A DNA stretch of 64,000 nt, from the IMG/VR virus record IMGVR_UViG_3300023223_000669, positions 119,101 through 183,100 of that record; one strand, written 5' to 3'. The notes below the pieces were generated by a model. That model worked only from the letters and a program-made list of their open reading frames with translations, ran no database searches and had not been told where the DNA came from. The position numbers and the translations under genes were made by a program. Source of the stretch: a virus. Shown piece by piece: positions 58,482 through 64,000 of the stretch (its first letter is position 1; each line of letters opens with the position of its first letter).

Positions 58482-59267
58482 TTAGTTCGACATTGGGTTG
58501 TTCTGTAGGCATTCTAGCAATCCTTGTTGCCGTAGTAGGTTACGCATGAAATCGCGAAGTTCATCAATTGTACCTTCGTTAGAGTAGAAAACATCAAACG
58601 TTACATCATCCAGGATGGTTTCGCTCGTATGGTTGTCCATGAGTCCGGTGTCGCGTGTAATGCGAACCACGAGGCCATTCTGTTCCTCGGTGATTCTCTT
58701 TTCATTGGGGAAGCGACAGTCAGTGATCAACACTACATCATACTCGCTCCAATCACGACGGAAGGGCGAGTTAGCCCATATGTCTTGTTCAAACATTTCG
58801 CGGAAAATATCTGTCCCCATGACTTGCAGGACTTCTCGAATTGTCATGGGACCAGAACGAAGCATGGGTACCATGTGTTGTCCCATAAGAGGATCTAATG
58901 ACACACTTTCTTCCCGTTTTTCTATCGAATATTTAAAGCGAATCTCTTCTGGAAAGTTATCCCATATAATATGGGTCAGTGTCTCTTTGTCCTCGTTAGA
59001 TCCATACACGAGGTCTCTATCGAGACCGAGTACGTCGATTGCTATGTTTTTGAGGACTTCTGCAAATGCAGTTACACCAACTCTCTTGCCGGCTGTTTGC
59101 AGCATGTCTATAGCCATACCCGCAGCGGTGTCTTTCCCGGTTTGCTTCTTACCAGATAGTGAGATGAAAACAGGATGGGGGTGTTGATTTGGCTGGTCAA
59201 CCATACCTACATTATACGTTCCCGTTGCCGATTTGTCAACGGAAACGTAGGAAAAGTTATCCTTCAT
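58482..59267 (-). CDS. Deoxynucleoside monophosphate kinase
   Basis: SGKKQTGKDT; FAEVLK; REVLQVMGTD; ITDCRFPNE; H.SE. Confidence 0.88.
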   Translation of the reverse strand: MKDNFSYVSVDKSATGTYNVGMVDQPNQHPHPVFISLSGKKQTGKDTAAGMAIDMLQTAGKRVGVTAFAEVLKNIAIDVLGLDRDLVYGSNEDKETLTHIIWDNFPEEIRFKYSIEKREESVSLDPLMGQHMVPMLRSGPMTIREVLQVMGTDIFREMFEQDIWANSPFRRDWSEYDVVLITDCRFPNEKRITEEQNGLVVRITRDTGLMDNHTSETILDDVTFDVFYSNEGTIDELRDFMRNLLRQQGLLECLQNNPMSN

Positions 59268-59317
59268 GGGGAACTCTCAGAAAATGCTACGAGCGTGGGG
59301 ATGCCCTATAGGAAGAT

Positions 59318-60307
59318 TTAGTAGTCGGCTAAAATAGCCTTAACAATTTCAATTCCCTCACAAATGGTAGGAACTACGAATCCACTACATTCGCGAATCA
59401 TAGCATGATTATGCTGATTACCAATAGGCGGAGGAGGTTCTTGATAAACTACAATAGCACCAGGATTATACGTTGCACGGAATCGCTCATAGATTTCTGC
59501 TTGTTGCTGGCTCTCTTTTTTTGTTTTTAGAGCAAAGCCGCGTTTACCTTTTTGATGATTTCTGCCACGTCCTTTGGTTGCTCGTGCCATTTCAATGACA
59601 GTCGCGGCCCTTGATTGTTTTTCGATCAATCGCGGCCAAATGTCTCGTAGAATAGATGCAGCTTCTTGACCAGCCGCTTGCCAAATGTGTCGCGTTTTGT
59701 TTACACGTTTATCAAACGTTGACATCACGGCACCTAAGTTACTTACTTCTGCAAGACGATCGATTACTGCTTTGCAGTTCATTTCAACTCGAACCTGAGG
59801 TTTGTATGTATAGTTTCCAGATTTGAGTTTATTTTTTTTAATATCTATATGACCTTCGCCATCGACAATTCCAGCGAACCATCCCCTTTCTTCAAAAGGG
59901 ATGACCGGCCAAGATTCTTCTTCCATCACCAACACAATTGGGCGTCGTTTGCTATCAGCCCAGGCAATTTCCATAATGGTTCCTATGGAGAGTTTCTTTG
60001 CTCCCAATAGGTTTACGAAAAGGACGGTACAATTCATGCAATCAAATCGATCTCGTGTTGTGATGCCACGTTGGTTACTCATGGCTTTGACATAAGATGC
60101 GATATCCTCTTGCGTCTCTGTCGCTGGGGATGCCTGATCGATCCTATCGCCTTGCATTTCTCGAATATATACCTTGTTCCTAATAGGCGATAAAGCCCTG
60201 ATGCCGACCTCGCGAAGCTCTATCGTAACTTTATCACGCCACGATGTAGCCTCACTATATGTGAGCCCGCTGATCGTTCCTGCTAGGTAGACTGTCTTAT
60301 GTACCAT
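59318..60307 (-). CDS. Nucleoside 2-deoxyribosyltransferase-like protein carrying an in-frame LAGLIDADG insertion
   Basis: VYLAG.I; RD..C; SIGTIMEIAWA; C-terminal GNQHNHAMIRECSGFVV resumes after the insert. Confidence 0.8.
   Translation of the reverse strand: MVHKTVYLAGTISGLTYSEATSWRDKVTIELREVGIRALSPIRNKVYIREMQGDRIDQASPATETQEDIASYVKAMSNQRGITTRDRFDCMNCTVLFVNLLGAKKLSIGTIMEIAWADSKRRPIVLVMEEESWPVIPFEERGWFAGIVDGEGHIDIKKNKLKSGNYTYKPQVRVEMNCKAVIDRLAEVSNLGAVMSTFDKRVNKTRHIWQAAGQEAASILRDIWPRLIEKQSRAATVIEMARATKGRGRNHQKGKRGFALKTKKESQQQAEIYERFRATYNPGAIVVYQEPPPPIGNQHNHAMIRECSGFVVPTICEGIEIVKAILADY
59423..59914 (-). mobile_element. In-frame single-motif LAGLIDADG homing endonuclease insertion (codons 132-295)
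   Basis: GWFAGIVDGEG motif; no intein C-terminal HN or +1 C/S/T. Confidence 0.75.
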
Positions 60308-61513
60308 TCAGGCGACCTCCACGGTAGCCTCGTCCTTCACTTGCTGTAAAACAAGTTTCCAAATCTTATCTTCAATGTCTTTGTTATCGAGTAGTGCGAA
60401 CACGAAACCGCATTCAGTATTCTCAACGTATTCTTGTACCCAAAGTGCATATGCTTTTCGCGGTTGGTTTTCACCAACCACATGCTTCATTGTATTGAGA
60501 CTGCCGTATGCTCTTGCGTAGAGATTATCGTACATGCCCTGTACGTGAGCACGTACATCATCAAAATCGCAGGCTATTGCCTTCGGAAGTTGCTTCACCG
60601 TGGCCCCGTATTCTGAGCCACGAATCAACTCTACCACGCCCTTCGGGCTTAGATAATTGAGGAGCCTGTGAATCCTAAGGTACGTTGGGCTCTTAATCTT
60701 CACTCGTAGGCCGCTTTCGAAACGAGCTACATATCCCTCGCTGTTCTCATCGAACGGAATCTCGCCGCGTAGATCAATATCATATCTACGAGGACGGCGG
60801 AACCCACAAAGCTCTGCAATTTGATCTACGCGGCGAGGGTGCCACTCAACTCCGTTGTGATCGAAAATCGCCAGCAATACCAAGAATGTCTCACCTTTGT
60901 AGTCAACTACAATGCGATTTTCGGGGTAGATGATTTCGAAGACCGGAGTGCAGTCCAGCGGCAGAGCCGCTAGATTGTAACGCTTATCGACCCAGAACAA
61001 TGGATCGAGTTCCTCGGATCCGGCCGTATAGATGGTTTCGTTTAGGATACGAGTGCCCTCAAGAGCCTGATCTGATTCCATACTACCCGGCGTAGCTAGA
61101 CGCCATTCATATCGACATGGATCGATTGGCCCAGCGTTGAAGACCGCTTCAACTACTGAATCATCATGTTCGATTCTACCTTGTGGCTCTAGACATACGA
61201 GTTTTCTGTAACCGATACCACACGAGCCATCCATCTTTTCAAAGACCTCGACGCCCTCCGACCACGGTAGGGCGTCGGGCATAGTCTCCGCACGTTCGTT
61301 CAAGTTGAAGAACTTGGGGAACGGGCGAGCTACGACAGTACCGTCCGCAGCAAAAATAATCCCGCGAGCCAGTCGGTTCACGTCATTCCACTCATCTTTG
61401 ATGTGAGTGTCCTGAGTATATTTGAAGATAGTAAGCGACCCCGACTGGCTCGCAAGCACGCGGCCAGCTTCTACCTCTTTCCAAAGTTTGTTAAGTAGAA
61501 TTGGGTCCTTCAT
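60308..61513 (-). CDS. T4 Rnl1-like RNA ligase
   Basis: FKY; ARGIIF; RPFPKFFN; EKMDGS; FEIIYP.NRIVVDY; EGYV; KIKS..Y. Confidence 0.88.
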   Translation of the reverse strand: MKDPILLNKLWKEVEAGRVLASQSGSLTIFKYTQDTHIKDEWNDVNRLARGIIFAADGTVVARPFPKFFNLNERAETMPDALPWSEGVEVFEKMDGSCGIGYRKLVCLEPQGRIEHDDSVVEAVFNAGPIDPCRYEWRLATPGSMESDQALEGTRILNETIYTAGSEELDPLFWVDKRYNLAALPLDCTPVFEIIYPENRIVVDYKGETFLVLLAIFDHNGVEWHPRRVDQIAELCGFRRPRRYDIDLRGEIPFDENSEGYVARFESGLRVKIKSPTYLRIHRLLNYLSPKGVVELIRGSEYGATVKQLPKAIACDFDDVRAHVQGMYDNLYARAYGSLNTMKHVVGENQPRKAYALWVQEYVENTECGFVFALLDNKDIEDKIWKLVLQQVKDEATVEVA

Positions 61514-61518
61514 GCTCG

Positions 61519-61887
61519 CTACTCTCGCGACATTTGTTCTTCAAAATCGGTAAGCCAATCAAAGGGTTCAATTTCAATACCAGGATACCAAGCTAATTCT
61601 AGACGTGCATTGGTCCTGTATTCTTTTTTTACGTTTATTCCGGCGTGTTCTAGTTTGTCTATCTCATCTTGGAAAAGAGGAATTTCTGGCAAGTCCTTGT
61701 GTATCATATAAACTACATCATCCTCCCATTGTGGATTTGTCTTATACCATACGGACATATCTATTGTCTGTACAAAGAATTGTTTATAGATTTTACCCAT
61801 GATAACACCACCAACAATACCCGTACTTACAGGACTAGTCAATCCTTTCGACCTAACTTTGCTACCAATTTGAATAGGATCCTTCAT
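61519..61887 (-). CDS. Hypothetical protein (SH3/KOW-like start)
   Basis: IQIGSKVRSKG..GIV. Confidence 0.5.
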   Translation of the reverse strand: MKDPIQIGSKVRSKGLTSPVSTGIVGGVIMGKIYKQFFVQTIDMSVWYKTNPQWEDDVVYMIHKDLPEIPLFQDEIDKLEHAGINVKKEYRTNARLELAWYPGIEIEPFDWLTDFEEQMSRE

Positions 61888-62132
61888 TCGAGTCCCATAG
61901 CTTCTAGGTCTAGCTCACGCCACGTTCCGCCGCACAGGATACGTCCTGCCGTGCTTGACATGCATGTTTCCACGCCTATTTCAAAGTCCCCATGGTCACC
62001 CGGTTCTGATTTGACACGAAATATGTCGTCGGGAAACTCCTGGCTCAATTTAGTGACGATGGTGTCATACTTGCTGCGGCGAGGTGCTTTGTATATAAGT
62101 TTCATTTTACGTCGGTCCAAATTCCGGATCAT
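61884..62132 (-). CDS. Hypothetical protein
   Basis: Coupled small ORF. Confidence 0.45.
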   Translation of the reverse strand: MIRNLDRRKMKLIYKAPRRSKYDTIVTKLSQEFPDDIFRVKSEPGDHGDFEIGVETCMSSTAGRILCGGTWRELDLEAMGLE

Positions 62133-62349
62133 GTTGTCCCGTTACACGGTCCCGTCCACACTTTACGCAAGAACCTCCGTAAAAGTGAGTATGGCCACAC
62201 CATTTACAGCCCTCTTCATCATGTTCATCTTCAAGTTCCTCTCTTTCCGCGAGGAGTTCACCAATAATAGCGAGCTGATCCTGGTATTCGAGAGCTAAAA
62301 TTTCTCGGGCACGCTGGACGTGTTCTGGTTTTCGTTTTACGTCATTCAT
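62107..62349 (-). CDS. Hypothetical Zn-ribbon protein
   Basis: CKWC..CVKC. Confidence 0.5.
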   Translation of the reverse strand: MNDVKRKPEHVQRAREILALEYQDQLAIIGELLAEREELEDEHDEEGCKWCGHTHFYGGSCVKCGRDRVTGQHDPEFGPT

Positions 62350-62354
62350 GCTCG

Positions 62355-62615
62355 CTACGCTCGTGAATGTGGGTCGCCTCGTTGTAAAATGTTTTCTACA
62401 CCCTCTTGGAGTATGTCCCATGAGTAGAGGTATGTGAAAATACGTCTGTAGTTTTCAGCGAATAGTTGACGTTCCTTTTGAAGCTCGTCCGACGCTCCAG
62501 TGAGTACTCCCCTGGCAATACAATGTTCCAATATTGATTCCACTACTTTGTGATGACGTAAGATTTCTTCACGCCATAGATTATCTTCATAACTAGTATC
62601 TACATGACAAGGCAT
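62355..62615 (-). CDS. Hypothetical protein
   Basis: Tightly packed small ORF. Confidence 0.5.
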   Translation of the reverse strand: MPCHVDTSYEDNLWREEILRHHKVVESILEHCIARGVLTGASDELQKERQLFAENYRRIFTYLYSWDILQEGVENILQRGDPHSRA

Positions 62616-62617
62616 AA

Positions 62618-62869
62618 TTATATCTCGAACTCAATAGGTTGTACTGGTCTGCATCCTATAACATCACGGACAAGTTCCGCAGCATTTTTAGGTAGTCGTT
62701 TGTAACCCGTAACTCCTGAGCTATATTGATCTACACCTACACTGATGTACCCCAACTTTCTCCACCATGGAAGTTGACGCGTTAAAGCTCTTGCTATAAC
62801 GCATTTTGTAGAATCAAATTTATCGGGCGTGCCTAGGTCGATATCTTCTTGTGTTACTCGAATTTTCAT
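62618..62869 (-). CDS. Conserved small phage protein
   Basis: KIRVTQEDID.G...C.IARA pattern. Confidence 0.55.
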   Translation of the reverse strand: MKIRVTQEDIDLGTPDKFDSTKCVIARALTRQLPWWRKLGYISVGVDQYSSGVTGYKRLPKNAAELVRDVIGCRPVQPIEFEI

Positions 62870-63129
62870 TTTTCAGGATACCTGTATGCAGATTCACGGG
62901 CTTGTTGATAGCCCTCTTCGTATGTCTTGTCCCAAACAATCCTTCCGGCCCCTTCGTGGAGGTGTATGGTTTGAAACTGGTCTATGTTTGCGTAGACGGC
63001 GGTGCTAGCGTAAGTTGACAGCCAGCGGACAACCACCGTGCCATCTGTGAATTCTACACCCTCCAGCACCTTGCCGGTGCCGCTGATGCCAGAGACATCA
63101 CGGTCGCGGACCATGTGAAATGTTCTCAT
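62866..63129 (-). CDS. Conserved small phage protein
   Basis: RD.DVSGISGTG.V.EGV.F.DGTVVVRW pattern. Confidence 0.65.
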   Translation of the reverse strand: MRTFHMVRDRDVSGISGTGKVLEGVEFTDGTVVVRWLSTYASTAVYANIDQFQTIHLHEGAGRIVWDKTYEEGYQQARESAYRYPEK

Positions 63130-63635
63130 ATTACTGATCTAGTATCTATGTGCCTCCATGTCTCGCCGGCTAATATGTAATAAATATTACCGTGAGAGCA
63201 TTTGAATTGTGTAGCTAATTTTCTATGGCTATACCTTCCTGTGGCATATAGTTCTCTGATTTTTCTAACAGTACTTTCAGTTAATCTAGACATCTGTTCG
63301 CCACGGGCCTGACGATTCTTGATGTTTCTGTCTTTGATGTTTGTTTGTGCGTTACCTAAAAACAAATGAGACAGTCTAACGCATCTTGGATTATCACAAT
63401 GATGGCAAATGAATTCTCTAGGTGAAATTAGTTGCCCTGTATGTAACATCCATGAAAATCTATGAACTCTATATGTCTTCTTACGAATGCCTATGTGTCC
63501 ATAGCCCTTATGCATCAAAGCACCAGTCCATTCCCAGCATTCAGACGGATATTTTCCGTCTGAGCCGAAAACCCCTGGACGTTTGTTTACACGCCGCCAA
63601 AAGTTTGCAATCACCTTTTTGCTAAAATCCAGCAT
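63126..63635 (-). CDS. HNH homing endonuclease with C-terminal HTH
   Basis: CWEW..GYG..VHR..CHHCDNPRCV..HLFLG..N; start at ATG 63635 overlapping the cca stop. Confidence 0.88.
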   Translation of the reverse strand: MLDFSKKVIANFWRRVNKRPGVFGSDGKYPSECWEWTGALMHKGYGHIGIRKKTYRVHRFSWMLHTGQLISPREFICHHCDNPRCVRLSHLFLGNAQTNIKDRNIKNRQARGEQMSRLTESTVRKIRELYATGRYSHRKLATQFKCSHGNIYYILAGETWRHIDTRSVI

Positions 63636-63999
63636 CTCGCAAAGCCTTAGTTCTGGCAACTTCGATACGTTGAGCAATCTTCGGACCATCCTGTAGGTGA
63701 GCAAATTCGTGGCCTCGTACCGTCCGCATAATCGTAGCCGCACGCAAGAGATCGTCCCCTTGCGGGTATGCCGCGTCTTTGAACGTTGGGCCTCGGCCAC
63801 GGGCGTCAGCCTTGGCTGCAAGGACGACTCGACGGGCAAGCAAGTTATTCTGAATTACACCGAGGCGTACGAGCAGCCTAACCTTTTTCACCGCCCTCAA
63901 GTCGTCAAAACGGTGAATATTCAGGTGTTCCTTGGCTGTCGCAGTAGCCGTCTTGCGATGCGTGTTCGGAACATGCAGACGATTGCATACTTGATGTAC
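63622..63999 (-). CDS. cca: CCA-adding tRNA nucleotidyltransferase, C-terminal part (5'-truncated by window edge)
   Basis: Frame is open to the window end: VCNRLHVPN..EH..IH..ADARGR..YPQG parallels the E. coli Cca tail (LCQRLRVPN..ADVRGR..YPQG). Confidence 0.8.
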   Translation of the reverse strand, partial: VHQVCNRLHVPNTHRKTATATAKEHLNIHRFDDLRAVKKVRLLVRLGVIQNNLLARRVVLAAKADARGRGPTFKDAAYPQGDDLLRAATIMRTVRGHEFAHLQDGPKIAQRIEVARTKALRDAGF

Positions 64000-64000
64000 C

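Noticed and set aside
165-63625. Many antisense or alternate-frame ORFs of 60-220 aa (e.g. 5350..5994, 32541..33056, 55422..55991, 61669..62298)
   Set aside because: They are shadows of well-supported genes on the other strand or frame and show no motifs.
1-64000. CRISPR array or tRNA genes
   Set aside because: No regularly spaced repeats and no cloverleaf/T-loop sequence in the few intergenic gaps I could inspect; a tRNAscan run would be definitive.
1-64000. Stop-codon reassignment
   Set aside because: Known proteins are full length and tightly coupled under code 11, and TAG, TGA and TAA all end genes.

Overview
This window is part of a large (jumbo-type) dsDNA bacteriophage genome in the standard genetic code. 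It is very gene-dense, with overlapping stop/start codons, and the two gene blocks converge at about 45.35 kb. The + strand block holds the 3' part of dnaE, a sigma factor and a ~26 kb glycan biosynthesis cluster (about 13 glycosyltransferase-like genes, 3 methyltransferases, gmd, fcl, a tandem nucleotidyltransferase, guaB, kinase/aldolase/HAD). It continues with nucleotide metabolism genes (MazG, class II RNR, thyX), a cassette of fibre/virion-like proteins and a holin-like gene. The - strand block holds phoH, peptide deformylase, methionine aminopeptidase, UDG, a YhaM-like protein, a second sigma factor, an AAA ATPase, a DEDDh exonuclease, dNMP kinase, a nucleoside deoxyribosyltransferase-like gene, an Rnl1-like RNA ligase and the 3' part of a CCA-adding enzyme. 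About 15 homing endonuclease-like genes are interspersed. The strongest leads are (1) a phage glycosylation system with no visible export machinery, near Ser/Thr-rich fibre-like genes, and (2) a LAGLIDADG endonuclease inserted in frame inside an enzyme with no intein or visible intron core. All assignments come from reading motifs by eye; no searches were run, and the host is not determinable from this window.
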